Both the position numbers and the translations under genes were made by a program. From a virus: 64,000 nt of DNA. Positions 28,150-37,606 of the stretch are shown here, piece by piece. The notes below the pieces were generated by a model. It was not told where the DNA came from and did not search any database. It saw only the letters and a program-made list of their open reading frames with translations. The stretch lies in IMG/VR virus record IMGVR_UViG_3300033145_000767, positions 1-64,000 of that record; one strand, written 5' to 3'. The first letter of the stretch is position 1; every line of letters begins with the position of its first letter.

Positions 28150-29491
28150 TAAAGGATATACTTCCCCAAGAATTTCATCGGAGTATAAGGATTGCGGACT
28201 TATTTTGACTTTTGACCAATACAATATATGTGGTTTTGGTTTTGGGAAACAATGTGCAGGATGTTTGTATTGTTTTAGTAATTCCCAGAAAATAAACCAC
28301 CCAATGTACCAAGAAAAAGCATTTCAAGTAAGGTCAGTAAACCCTGATAAAGTAGTTGACATGCTTACAGGAAAAAGTAAGTCTAAATATTATGATAATT
28401 TCTTTAAATATAGATTCCCCTTTCATTGGGGGGGTTTAGCAGACCCATTCTGTTACATGGAGGAGAAAGAAAGAGTTGGTTTAAAAATATTACAAGGTGC
28501 AAGTAAAGTACAGTATCCTATAATATTCTCTACAAAAGGCACTTTTATGTGCTATGATAAAGAGTATCTTAAAGTATTTGAAAGTTATAAGAAAAGTAAA
28601 AACTTAGGGTTTAGCTTTAGTATAATTACTAATGAAGAAAGTCTTGCAAGTAAAATAGAAAAAGAAGTGCCAACTGTAGAAGAAAGACTTAAAGCAATGA
28701 AAATTCTTTCTGACATGGGCTTTTGGACAGTTCTTAGGCTAAGACCCTTTATGATTGGTATAACAGATATTAACTTAGAAACCCTCTTAGAAAGGGCTAA
28801 AAAGGCCGGTGCAAGGGCAGTATCAACAGAGTTTTATTGCCTAGACCTTAGAAGTTTAAGCACCTTAAATGAAAGACTTAAAGAAATGAATAAAATAACA
28901 GGTCTTGACTATAGAAAATATTATAAAGCTTTATCCCCAAGTAGCAGAGGAACTTACTTGAGATTGAATAGGCTGGCAAAAGAGCCCTATATGAAAAGGT
29001 TACTAAAGAAATGTAAGGAACTAGATTTAAAGGTTTCTATATCAGACCCAGACTTTAAAGAGTTTAATTTTTCTGGGTGTTGCTGTGGCTACCCTGAAAC
29101 TAAAGAAGAATATAATAGTGAAATTTGTAATTGGTCTAAAGGTCAATTAACATATCATTTAACAGAATTAAGAAAAAAGTATTGGTCTGGTTATAGACCT
29201 GCATTATTAACTTGGGACGAGGTTAAAGATACTATAGCTAATGATTGGGCAAGTGATGGGAGATACTTTAAAGATAGTATAAAATATTGGTCAACAGATT
29301 TTAGAAAGAAACAGCAATCACACATAGATGAATTTCTACAGTCATGGAATAGTACTAAGTCAAGTGATAGCCCATACAGTTATTTTGATGGGTTATTAGT
29401 CCCATATAAATTAGACGACAATGGTAATATAGTTTATAAATATGAACCTTCTGATTCTGAGCTTAGATTGCGTAAGGACGGAATTGTATGA
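28139..29491 (+). CDS. Radical SAM enzyme, spore-photoproduct-lyase-like phage family
   Basis: FDQYNICGF...CAGCLYCF, WGGLADPF, FSTKG, LRLRPF, C-terminal CCCG. Confidence 0.85.
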   Translation: MACSKGYTSPRISSEYKDCGLILTFDQYNICGFGFGKQCAGCLYCFSNSQKINHPMYQEKAFQVRSVNPDKVVDMLTGKSKSKYYDNFFKYRFPFHWGGLADPFCYMEEKERVGLKILQGASKVQYPIIFSTKGTFMCYDKEYLKVFESYKKSKNLGFSFSIITNEESLASKIEKEVPTVEERLKAMKILSDMGFWTVLRLRPFMIGITDINLETLLERAKKAGARAVSTEFYCLDLRSLSTLNERLKEMNKITGLDYRKYYKALSPSSRGTYLRLNRLAKEPYMKRLLKKCKELDLKVSISDPDFKEFNFSGCCCGYPETKEEYNSEICNWSKGQLTYHLTELRKKYWSGYRPALLTWDEVKDTIANDWASDGRYFKDSIKYWSTDFRKKQQSHIDEFLQSWNSTKSSDSPYSYFDGLLVPYKLDDNGNIVYKYEPSDSELRLRKDGIV

Positions 29492-29574
29492 ATAAAAAAG
29501 AATATATGAAAGAATATAGATTAAATAACATTTATATGTTATACTTGTTTGCATAGGAGGAAAGAGGAGATAAT

Positions 29575-29817
29575 ATGAAAAAGTTTATTACCATGTTACT
29601 AATGATACTAATGGTTTGGGTAGTTGTTGATAAACAATGCACACATAGCAGAAATTATTTTGTGTTAGAAAATAAAATAGGGGTTAGAAAAGTTTTCCAT
29701 AGCCATGCCTCTAAGGATAATGAGGTTATTATTGGGGATAGAGTAAAAATTAAAATACCCACAAAAAGATTAAAATGGTATGAAGATTCATATAAGTACT
29801 TAGAGGGGGTAATATGA
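29575..29817 (+). CDS. Hypothetical protein with N-terminal TM
   Basis: GAGGAG RBS. Confidence 0.55.
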   Translation: MKKFITMLLMILMVWVVVDKQCTHSRNYFVLENKIGVRKVFHSHASKDNEVIIGDRVKIKIPTKRLKWYEDSYKYLEGVI

Positions 29818-30368
29818 TAAACGAAAAAGAAGTTAGTAACTTATTACTAGAAAAAGTTGGTACTCATAGTAGTATCTTTATGTTCAAAGCAAAAGTTATA
29901 TTCGATAAGAAAATAAAAACTTACTGTTGCTTAGAGTATAATGGGAAAAAAGGGTGTCCTAACTATGGTAAAAAGAAAGGGTGTCCACCAAACAATAGAG
30001 ATATAGATGAAGTGCTAGATGTAACAGAAGACATTTATGTATTTGGTATGTCTTTTAACTTAAAGATACACGCAGATGAAATGAAAAAGAAACACCCTAA
30101 GTGGACACAAAGGCAATGCTATAATGTAATATATTGGCAACCAAAGCAGAGAAAGAAATTTAAGATGTTTATAGATAACTTTAAAAAGAAGTACCCTGAA
30201 TTAAGGGTAGACACCTTGCCAGAGGGGCATGGGGTTGATGTAACTAAAATGTTAAAAGATGCAGGTGTAGGTATATCCTGGGACTACCCTTTGGACACAG
30301 TTTGGACAGTTGCAATAGCAGGTAAGAAGGCTAAATATAAAAGAAAAAAGAGGGTTAAAAATGTATAA
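29814..30368 (+). CDS. DUF2284-like metal-binding protein
   Basis: CC...GCPNYG...GCPP; PEGHGVDV. Confidence 0.75.
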   Translation: MINEKEVSNLLLEKVGTHSSIFMFKAKVIFDKKIKTYCCLEYNGKKGCPNYGKKKGCPPNNRDIDEVLDVTEDIYVFGMSFNLKIHADEMKKKHPKWTQRQCYNVIYWQPKQRKKFKMFIDNFKKKYPELRVDTLPEGHGVDVTKMLKDAGVGISWDYPLDTVWTVAIAGKKAKYKRKKRVKNV

Positions 30369-31155
30369 GGTATACATTCCTACAAAAGGCAGAGCAAATA
30401 ACTTATACCTAAATAGGTTAGTAGATGTCATTAAGGTAAAACCTATATTAGTTGTAGAACCTCAAGAGTTAGAGGAGTATAATAAAGCATACAAGAATAA
30501 GGTATACTATGAGGTATTAGCTAAAGATAATATGGGGTATAATTACCTTATAAAAAAATTATATAAAACTATAAAGCTATTTAACTTTAATGCTTTTATC
30601 ATTGATGATGATATATGTAATATATACTTAAAAGAAGTGGGGAAGAAAAGGTTAAATCTAGGTATAGAAAACATAAATTTTGCACTAAACTATATATCCT
30701 GTTATACCCCATATGCCCTAACAGGTAGCGTATTTAAACAACACCAATGGGTGTGTGAAACAGATTTTCAAGACTTTGGCAGACCTTCAGCTTTTGTATA
30801 TATAAAAGGCAATGAGATAACGGATGAAGTTTTGTCATATTTCAATAGATATGATATACTTAGTTATAGGCTTAAAGCAGACATTATGTTTGCCACAGCC
30901 TGCTTATATAACGGTTTAAAGATAGGTATGTGTGGTAGATATGGGTTTACTACACCCGATATGGCTAAAAGTAAAGGGGGTTGTTATGATGATTACCAAA
31001 CAGACCAGCAATCTTTATGTAGTAAAGAAATACACAATATAGTAGGTAGTAATTTTTCATCAGTAATACATAGAAGGGGTAGAACAGAAGTAAAGATAGC
31101 ATGGAAAAAGCTATATGATGCAAAAGTAAAAACTAAACAGAACAAACTATTTTAG
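30361..31155 (+). CDS. GT-A glycosyltransferase (TET/GREB1-associated phage DNA GT-like)
   Basis: VYIPTKGRA, VVEPQE..Y, IIDDDI, KADI, SKGGC, I.WKK. Confidence 0.8.
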   Translation: MYKVYIPTKGRANNLYLNRLVDVIKVKPILVVEPQELEEYNKAYKNKVYYEVLAKDNMGYNYLIKKLYKTIKLFNFNAFIIDDDICNIYLKEVGKKRLNLGIENINFALNYISCYTPYALTGSVFKQHQWVCETDFQDFGRPSAFVYIKGNEITDEVLSYFNRYDILSYRLKADIMFATACLYNGLKIGMCGRYGFTTPDMAKSKGGCYDDYQTDQQSLCSKEIHNIVGSNFSSVIHRRGRTEVKIAWKKLYDAKVKTKQNKLF

Positions 31156-31164
31156 GAGGGTAAT

Positions 31165-31380
31165 ATGAGTGAATTAAATTTGGTAGCCACAGAAGATTTA
31201 CTAAAAGAGTTGGTAAGAAGAACAGACAATATTGTTGTAGTAGGAGAAAAAGTTTTAGATGAGGGCACATGCGAGGTTATTCACACAATTAACGGAGACC
31301 CCTTGAAGTGTTTAGGTTTAGTTGAACTTATAAAACTGTCAATAATGCCAGAGGCTATTAATACTAACTACGAGGGATAA
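31165..31380 (+). CDS. Hypothetical protein
   Basis: AGGAGG RBS; LVATEDLLKEL..R. Confidence 0.7.
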   Translation: MSELNLVATEDLLKELVRRTDNIVVVGEKVLDEGTCEVIHTINGDPLKCLGLVELIKLSIMPEAINTNYEG

Positions 31381-31383
31381 ATT

Positions 31384-31602
31384 ATGTTAGGAAAAATATT
31401 ACGAAAAATAATAGACTTAATAACAATGTTCACAATAAGTATTGCAGGGAGTTTATGTGTTTTAACCATGCTTAAGCTAAAGGACTTTACTCTTACAAAT
31501 ATGACTGCTATGATATATCTAGGTGTCTTTATGGGTATGGTGAGCCTTTATGTGCAGGAAGGTATTAGAGAGGGAGAAAATGAATCCAATAAGGTTCGAT
31601 AA
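31384..31602 (+). CDS. Membrane protein (2 TM)
   Basis: Two hydrophobic segments. Confidence 0.6.
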   Translation: MLGKILRKIIDLITMFTISIAGSLCVLTMLKLKDFTLTNMTAMIYLGVFMGMVSLYVQEGIREGENESNKVR

Positions 31603-32215
31603 AGAAAAATTTAAAGATGGTTTTTTTACACTAAGGAGTAAAGTAGCATGGGCAAAGGATATTGTCTCTATACTTAATGTTAGAAAACTTATTATATATG
31701 CTATAGTTATAGGGCTATTCATTGGTTATGGTTACTGGAAGGGGGTAAAAGAAAAACCAGTCCATTTAGATTTAAAACAAAAAATTACAGTTCATTTAGA
31801 TAAGAAAAAAATCAATGCTATGGAACAACCAACTATAGTTAAACAGGAGTTTGAAACTACATTTAACTATACTGATTATATCAATGGTAAGAAACATGGT
31901 GTAGTTAAAGTAGATAAAATAGAAGAACTTAGAAAGAAATATAAACCATACGGCTTTACTAATAAAGTTATAGGTGTAATGGGGTTAGGTGTAAGTGCTA
32001 ATGATGTGTCTGGGGAATCAGGGGTAGGTTACAGGTATGCTAGATTATGGAAGTTTAGAACTGAAATAGTGGTTACAGATAAGGGATTTTATCCTATTAG
32101 CGTGTCTTATAAACCAGATTGGTTCTTTAGTAACACAAGTATAAATGTAGCTGGTGGAAAAGCGTGGGAAGACGGTTCAAACAGAGCCTTTTTAGGCGTA
32201 AATGTGGAGTTTTAA
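31580..32215 (+). CDS. Membrane-anchored protein with C-terminal amphipathic beta-strands
   Basis: TM LIIYAIVIGLFIGYGYW; ends AFLGVNVEF. Confidence 0.65.
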   Translation: MNPIRFDKEKFKDGFFTLRSKVAWAKDIVSILNVRKLIIYAIVIGLFIGYGYWKGVKEKPVHLDLKQKITVHLDKKKINAMEQPTIVKQEFETTFNYTDYINGKKHGVVKVDKIEELRKKYKPYGFTNKVIGVMGLGVSANDVSGESGVGYRYARLWKFRTEIVVTDKGFYPISVSYKPDWFFSNTSINVAGGKAWEDGSNRAFLGVNVEF

Positions 32216-32762
32216 AATGAGGTGTAAACGATGTGGAGATAGTCCTTGTATATATAAACATGGTAAAATAAGCAGATGTATTGTTTGTGGATGCACTGTT
32301 TTTACTGATGGCGTAAAATTATATGGAAATGAAAAAGTTTAAATTAAAAGATAGAAAAATAAAAATCGAGCTTGAAGTTTGTAATCCAGATAATAAATTT
32401 TTTAGTGATTTTTTAAAGATGGAGAATTAAAATGACGCCAAAAGAAATTTGTCCGATTTGTTATAATGATTCTTTAAATTTCGATATTAAAAACGAGAAA
32501 GTTATAATTACTTGTAGTAAATGTTATTATAAACATACTAAATATAAAAGTACATATGTCAGTCTTGTTAGTAATGAAGGGTGGAAATTAAAATGATAAA
32601 TAAAGAATTTTTATTAGAAACCATGTTAGACATTTTAGTTAAAGGAAGAGAAATTAATAAGGAAGCCAAGAGATTAGATATTGACGATATGGAATTGAGG
32701 TATTGTTTTTGTACTCAATTAGACTGTTTAGAATAAAATCCACAAGGCAATAGGAGGGTAAA

Positions 32763-33209
32763 GTGATGGATAAACCTAGATTGGTAACAGATAGGGAATA
32801 TGGAGATTGGGCTAAAAAGAAGATAGAATCGCTGACTAAACAGGTTGAGGAGTTAAAAGAGGTAGTTAAGAAAACAAACTTCTTAATCAGAGAACCAAAT
32901 ACTACTGTTAATGTTGGTGCTTTAATTCAAGAAAACCAAGAGTTGAAAGATGAAATCCAAATTATTACTGCACCACAAAATTCAACAGGTAAGGTATATT
33001 TAGACCTCCAAGCACGCATTAAAGAACAGGGTAATGTTTTACAAAAGTCAGCAATTTCACAAGCTAAAATCCAAGCCAAGTTATCAAGAGTAACTAAAGT
33101 AGCCAATTACCCAGAAGAGCCTAATGGTGCTAATATGAATAAAAGTTTAGTCTGGGATTATAAAGAAAGATTAGATTCAATAGTCAACATGATAGAGGGT
33201 AAGAAATAA
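32763..33209 (+). CDS. Coiled-coil hypothetical protein
   Basis: AGGAGG RBS; heptad pattern. Confidence 0.6.
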   Translation: MMDKPRLVTDREYGDWAKKKIESLTKQVEELKEVVKKTNFLIREPNTTVNVGALIQENQELKDEIQIITAPQNSTGKVYLDLQARIKEQGNVLQKSAISQAKIQAKLSRVTKVANYPEEPNGANMNKSLVWDYKERLDSIVNMIEGKK

Positions 33210-33214
33210 TAAAC

Positions 33215-33243
33215 TTGCAATTTCAACATTTATGGGATATACT
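33215..33243 (+). promoter_or_regulatory. Sigma70 promoter
   Basis: TTGCAA-N17-TATACT followed by GGAGG RBS. Confidence 0.6.
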
Positions 33244-33259
33244 ATATATGGAGGATAAA

Positions 33260-33616
33260 ATGAAAAGATTAATGGCGTGTGTGGTTTTGGTTATGGCAGT
33301 TATGGTAATATCACTTGGCAGATTAGGAAATAATAGAGAAAGTAATTTTGGGTCGGCAACTGTTGTGCATTCTCCTGTAAATCAGGTTAAACCGCTTGAT
33401 GTTCAAATAATAGAAATACAAGAAGCTATTGATGCTCAAAGTAAAGAATTAAGAGAATTAAAAATTAGAGTACAAGCTGATTTTATTCGTCAAGGTTATG
33501 GCAACAGGACTCTTTATGCGTATATTAAACAGCTAAAACAAGAAAATAGGAATATAAAACAATATTTAGAGTTAAAAGGTAAAGATGAGTGTAAAGGTGA
33601 TGGTGATTGCAAATGA
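33260..33616 (+). CDS. Secreted/membrane-anchored coiled-coil protein
   Basis: Signal-like MKRLMACVVLVMAVMV; GGAGG RBS. Confidence 0.6.
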   Translation: MKRLMACVVLVMAVMVISLGRLGNNRESNFGSATVVHSPVNQVKPLDVQIIEIQEAIDAQSKELRELKIRVQADFIRQGYGNRTLYAYIKQLKQENRNIKQYLELKGKDECKGDGDCK

Positions 33617-34092
33617 GTAAAGAACTAATAGTAATGGCTGGGAACATAGGTACAGGTAAGACCACTTATGTTAAGAATTATCAGAAGGAAGGCTATATAG
33701 TTATAGCAAGAGATACCTTAAGATATGCAATAGGTGGGGGAACTTATGTATTTAACCTAGACTATGAACCTATTGTACATGCAACAGAAAAATATTTACT
33801 TAGAAAATTTCTTGATTTAGGTGTAAACATAGTTATAGATGAAACAAATGTTACAGCAAGAAGTAGGAGAGTTTTGGATGTAGAGGCAAAACAGGGGGGT
33901 TACAAAGTAATATGCATAGTAATGCCTAGGCTATCTAAAAAGGATAGTGTTGATAGGCGTATGCAAAACCCCCATGATTGCCCAGATAGAACAGTATGGG
34001 AAGGTGTATGGGGAAGATTTAATGACAAGTATGAAGAACCTAAGTACTCAGAAGGCTTTGATGAGATTAATTTTATAACTGATTGGGCTTAA
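33613..34092 (+). CDS. P-loop kinase (AAA_33/polynucleotide-kinase-like)
   Basis: GNIGTGKTT, RDTLR, VIDETN. Confidence 0.85.
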   Translation: MSKELIVMAGNIGTGKTTYVKNYQKEGYIVIARDTLRYAIGGGTYVFNLDYEPIVHATEKYLLRKFLDLGVNIVIDETNVTARSRRVLDVEAKQGGYKVICIVMPRLSKKDSVDRRMQNPHDCPDRTVWEGVWGRFNDKYEEPKYSEGFDEINFITDWA

Positions 34093-34393
34093 TATGCATA
34101 AAGTAATTATACTTTTAAAAGAGGGTAAAAAGGTTGAAAGCTCTTTTACCGAATATGATAAAGCTTGTGAGGCTGTATCTTTATTATGGTACGGTACAGG
34201 GGAGGTACACCCTTATATGATTGAAAAAATCTTCTTGGAGGCTGACAATGGAAAGAGAAAATAATTGTGATATGAAAGAATTTTGTCAGAATAACTTTGA
34301 AAAGCATGGCATGTACACATGCTTTAACCAGATTTATTACTACGATAATTTATGTACTAGAATAGGTAAAAGAAAAAAGAAAGGCTATCAAAA

Positions 34394-34702
34394 ATGCGAG
34401 ACAAAAGAGAAGAGGCAATTGAAGCAAAGGAAAGACTTGAAAGAGAGAACAGAAAAAAGAAGGGCAACAAAGAAAAGAGTAATGAAAAAGTACAGGACAA
34501 AGAACCACTAAAATTCTTTGTACAGATTGGGGACTGTAACCCTCATATATACAATATAGTTATAGGGTTCAACCCTGAAATTGATTATGCTGGTTTAAAA
34601 TTTGATGAGAATTTATTAAAGGGTATAGTAGAAGATACAAATAAAGCATTAGTACCAGTACTTAAAAGATATGTTAAACAACTAAAAAAGGCTAACAAAT
34701 AA
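34394..34702 (+). CDS. Hypothetical protein
   Basis: ORF abutting the transporter gene. Confidence 0.55.
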   Translation: MRDKREEAIEAKERLERENRKKKGNKEKSNEKVQDKEPLKFFVQIGDCNPHIYNIVIGFNPEIDYAGLKFDENLLKGIVEDTNKALVPVLKRYVKQLKKANK

Positions 34703-34963
34703 ATGAAAAAAGAATTTAAAATCCCATTTTGGACATTCATGTTCTTTATTATATGCTACTCTAATCAAGGGTTAGCAGGTTTACCAGAACAATGTTTGTA
34801 TTATTTAAAGAGGGAATCTTGGGGTTTGTCAGCTACATCTATAGGCCTTATTGGTATAATAACAGGTCTAGCTTGGTATACAAAGGTCTTGTGGGGCTAT
34901 CTAAATGATTATACTCCGTTAAGAAAAATAAAAATAAGATTTAGAAAAAAAGGAAAGAAATGA
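34703..34963 (+). CDS. MFS/BT1 (folate-biopterin) transporter, N-terminal part (TM1-2)
   Basis: QGL...YYLKRE.WGLS...LAWYTKVLWGYLNDYTPL matches the BT1 N-terminus. Confidence 0.75.
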   Translation: MKKEFKIPFWTFMFFIICYSNQGLAGLPEQCLYYLKRESWGLSATSIGLIGIITGLAWYTKVLWGYLNDYTPLRKIKIRFRKKGKK

Positions 34964-35991
34964 TTATTAAACTACCTTATAAGTATGAAGTAACTATTGA
35001 AATAACAAAAGACAGGTACTTATCTAAGTACTATTTATATATAGCTTATTCATTGATTATAGCTTGTATACTATATATAGTTACATTTGGCTTAAATATT
35101 GTAAGCCTTATTGTAACAGGGTTACTAATTAATATTGGAATTGCTTTAGCAGATGTAGCAAATGATAAGCAGATGTGTTTAATAGAAAGAGAGCATAATT
35201 TAAAAGGGAAGGTTCAAGCTATTCAATGGGCATCATTAAGTGTATGTAGCTTAGTTGTATCTTTACTTGGGGCATACTTAGCTTCCACATTACCAGAACC
35301 TTTAAATTATAAACTAGCTTATGGTATTTGTATAATAATACCTATAAGTGCATTAATATATTTGAGAACAAAATATTTTGAAGAGCCTGTAAAAGAAGTT
35401 AAGAAGTTTACTTTAAGTGTATTTAGATATTTGAAAAATAAAGACTTCTTACTTGGTCTAGCCTTTATAGTTTTACTTAGGTTTAGCCCATCCTTTGGTA
35501 CAGGGCTTATGATTAAATGCAGAGAAGAATTATTTATTGGTAAGATGTTCCTAGGTTATGTTGGGGCATTGGGTACAGTAGTAGGTATGGTAGGTTATGG
35601 CTTATATTATTGGAAAGCACATAAGTTTCCTATTAAAAAAATGTTATATTTTACAATAGTATTTGGGGCTATAACAAGTCTTTTCTACCTATATCTGCCT
35701 AGTAAGTGGTTTTTAGTTGCTTACAGTCTATTATTTGGGGCATTTGAGGGTATATCTTTCTTAGCTGTTATGTCCTTCATGGTTAAGATATTACCTACTG
35801 GAAGTGAAGCTATGTTTTATGCATTAGTTACATCAGCTAATAACTTATCTAGTAGATTAGGTAGTGCATTTGGTGGTATAATATATGATAACTTTGGCTA
35901 TAATATGAATGTAGTAGTAGCAAGTTTGTGCACTTTTTTATGCATATTCATAATCCCACACTTAAAAATAGAGGAGATACCTAATGAGTAA
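34960..35991 (+). CDS. MFS/BT1 transporter, C-terminal part (TM3-12)
   Basis: ALADVAND, VQAIQW, P.GSEAMFYALVTS.NN; about 10 TM. Confidence 0.8.
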   Translation: MIIKLPYKYEVTIEITKDRYLSKYYLYIAYSLIIACILYIVTFGLNIVSLIVTGLLINIGIALADVANDKQMCLIEREHNLKGKVQAIQWASLSVCSLVVSLLGAYLASTLPEPLNYKLAYGICIIIPISALIYLRTKYFEEPVKEVKKFTLSVFRYLKNKDFLLGLAFIVLLRFSPSFGTGLMIKCREELFIGKMFLGYVGALGTVVGMVGYGLYYWKAHKFPIKKMLYFTIVFGAITSLFYLYLPSKWFLVAYSLLFGAFEGISFLAVMSFMVKILPTGSEAMFYALVTSANNLSSRLGSAFGGIIYDNFGYNMNVVVASLCTFLCIFIIPHLKIEEIPNE

Positions 35992-36037
35992 GTTAAAAGT
36001 ATTAAACTTATATGCAGATATAGGGGGTAAAAGATGA
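35984..36037 (+). pseudogene. Stub of C5-cytosine DNA methyltransferase (motif I only)
   Basis: MSKLKVLNLYADIGGKR* resembles K.LNLYAGIGGNR of phage C5 MTases; GAGGAG RBS intact. Confidence 0.5.
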
Positions 36038-36336
36038 AAAAATTGTTAGCCAAACTAAACTTATGGTGGGCAGTAAAAACTAATAAGAAAGTGAAACAGC
36101 AGTATGAAGCAAAGAAAAAAATGGATTTCTTTTATAAGAGGTTAAAATTAGGCTTATGGGTACTTTATCTTGTTGATAATAAAATGAAAGAGTTAGGGTT
36201 TAGTAGAGAGCAAAAGAAACAAATGAGGAGAAGTTACTTTAAAGATGGTATATTATCTTCAACATTTATGAATAAACTAATCAATGACACTAACATTATT
36301 GAGGAGATAAAGAATTATGAACGAAGAAAGGTATAA
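36034..36336 (+). CDS. Hypothetical protein
   Basis: Coupled ORF. Confidence 0.6.
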   Translation: MKKLLAKLNLWWAVKTNKKVKQQYEAKKKMDFFYKRLKLGLWVLYLVDNKMKELGFSREQKKQMRRSYFKDGILSSTFMNKLINDTNIIEEIKNYERRKV

Positions 36337-36661
36337 AACACCAGATGATAAGTTGACCTGTAAAGACTGTAAGGCAGTTATTGAAGATAAAGTGAACTGT
36401 TTAGCAAACATAATAATTCTTACAGAAGATGCAGAATCAATAATAACCCTTGAGATGAAACAAGCTTTAAACATAATAGAGGACTATAGTTATAAAAAAT
36501 ATTACCATTTAAGTGCCTCACAGATAGTATTATTTAGACCAGATATTGCAGTAAAGGCATTTAAAAGAATATTTAAAAAACCTATATTCTTTGGGTTTGA
36601 GTTTAGCATACTTTGTAAGAGTTGCTATGCATTACATAAGGTTAAACACCCTCTCAAATAG
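36317..36661 (+). CDS. Zn-finger protein
   Basis: CKDC...LCKSC. Confidence 0.6.
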   Translation: MNEERYKTPDDKLTCKDCKAVIEDKVNCLANIIILTEDAESIITLEMKQALNIIEDYSYKKYYHLSASQIVLFRPDIAVKAFKRIFKKPIFFGFEFSILCKSCYALHKVKHPLK

Positions 36662-36670
36662 TTGTTGAGT

Positions 36671-36691
36671 TTTCATCCAATATGCTATAAT
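36671..36691 (+). promoter_or_regulatory. Phage promoter class TTTCAT-N6-TGnTATAAT
   Basis: Conserved motif heading the deoC-like operon. Confidence 0.65.
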
Positions 36692-36733
36692 TGAAGTAGA
36701 GGGTAGAAATAGGTAGAAACTTAAAAAGGAGAC

Positions 36734-37447
36734 ATGATGATACACATAGAGAGATTTATAGATAATACATTTTTAAAGGGGGGCAATAGAGCAAAGTTGC
36801 TAGATGATTTTATGAGTACATATAAACATGCCTTTAGGTCATTATGTACCAATGAGGGTAACCTTGAGTTAGCTAAAGAGGCTAAAGTGTTATTCCCTTC
36901 ATCCCCAACTAAACTGGCTATTGTTAGAAATTTTCCTTATGGAACATCTAGTAAGCCTGCACCTATAGAAGATAGGGAAATTGACGAATATGATGTAGTT
37001 ATACCGCATAAGTTAATAGCAAGAAACAAAGTAGACAAGGTAAAGTTTTTCTTAGACGCCTACTACAGAACAGGTAGAACCATTAAGTGGGTAATAGAAG
37101 AACCTCTATATGAAGACTATGAAATATCGGAGCTAGTAAATTTTATATACTCTCATTATATGGAGGGAAGATATAATAATAGAGTTTATATAAAATCAAA
37201 CTCTGGGTTTGTAGACAGAAAGAGGGCATTTAATACAGTTGTTAAACTATTTCCAAGCCTTGTTAGAAGGGTTGCACCTAAAGAACACCTTGGGGTAAAG
37301 ATTTCGGGTTGGGTATCAACACTAAAACAGGCGAGGAGAATTGCACAGCAAGATTGTATTATGGGCTCATCTAAAGGTTTAAAAATATTTTATGAACAGC
37401 AGAACTTAAAATATGATACTGCAAATAAAAGAATTATAGAGGGGTAG
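36734..37447 (+). CDS. deoC: Deoxyribose-phosphate aldolase-like TIM barrel
   Basis: IDNTFLK, NFPYG, EYDVV, IKWVIE, YIKSNSGF (Schiff-base Lys), GVKISG, MGSS. Confidence 0.75.
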   Translation: MMIHIERFIDNTFLKGGNRAKLLDDFMSTYKHAFRSLCTNEGNLELAKEAKVLFPSSPTKLAIVRNFPYGTSSKPAPIEDREIDEYDVVIPHKLIARNKVDKVKFFLDAYYRTGRTIKWVIEEPLYEDYEISELVNFIYSHYMEGRYNNRVYIKSNSGFVDRKRAFNTVVKLFPSLVRRVAPKEHLGVKISGWVSTLKQARRIAQQDCIMGSSKGLKIFYEQQNLKYDTANKRIIEG

Positions 37448-37448
37448 T

Positions 37449-37604
37449 ATGAAGAAGTATAAACTTTTTGTAACCTATGGACTAATGGTGGCCAGTAATA
37501 ACCCTTTGTACCTAAGAGTAGGGTTTCATAATAGGGGGGCAAAGTATGGGTTATACATTGATACCTTAGTAAGTAGAACATGGGTGTACCTGAAAAGAGG
37601 TTAG
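37449..37604 (+). CDS. Small hypothetical protein
   Basis: 51-aa ORF with GAGGGG RBS, immediately after the deoC-like stop. Confidence 0.5.
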   Translation: MKKYKLFVTYGLMVASNNPLYLRVGFHNRGAKYGLYIDTLVSRTWVYLKRG

Positions 37605-37606
37605 TT

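Noticed and set aside
34900-35030. Intein, intron or ribosomal bypass in the BT1 gene
   Set aside because: No intein terminal residues or intron structure; the ATGA overlap indicates two coupled ORFs
37469-37555. Possible structured RNA after deoC
   Set aside because: Fully covered by a 51-aa ORF (37449-37604) with a good RBS; the pairing is probably incidental
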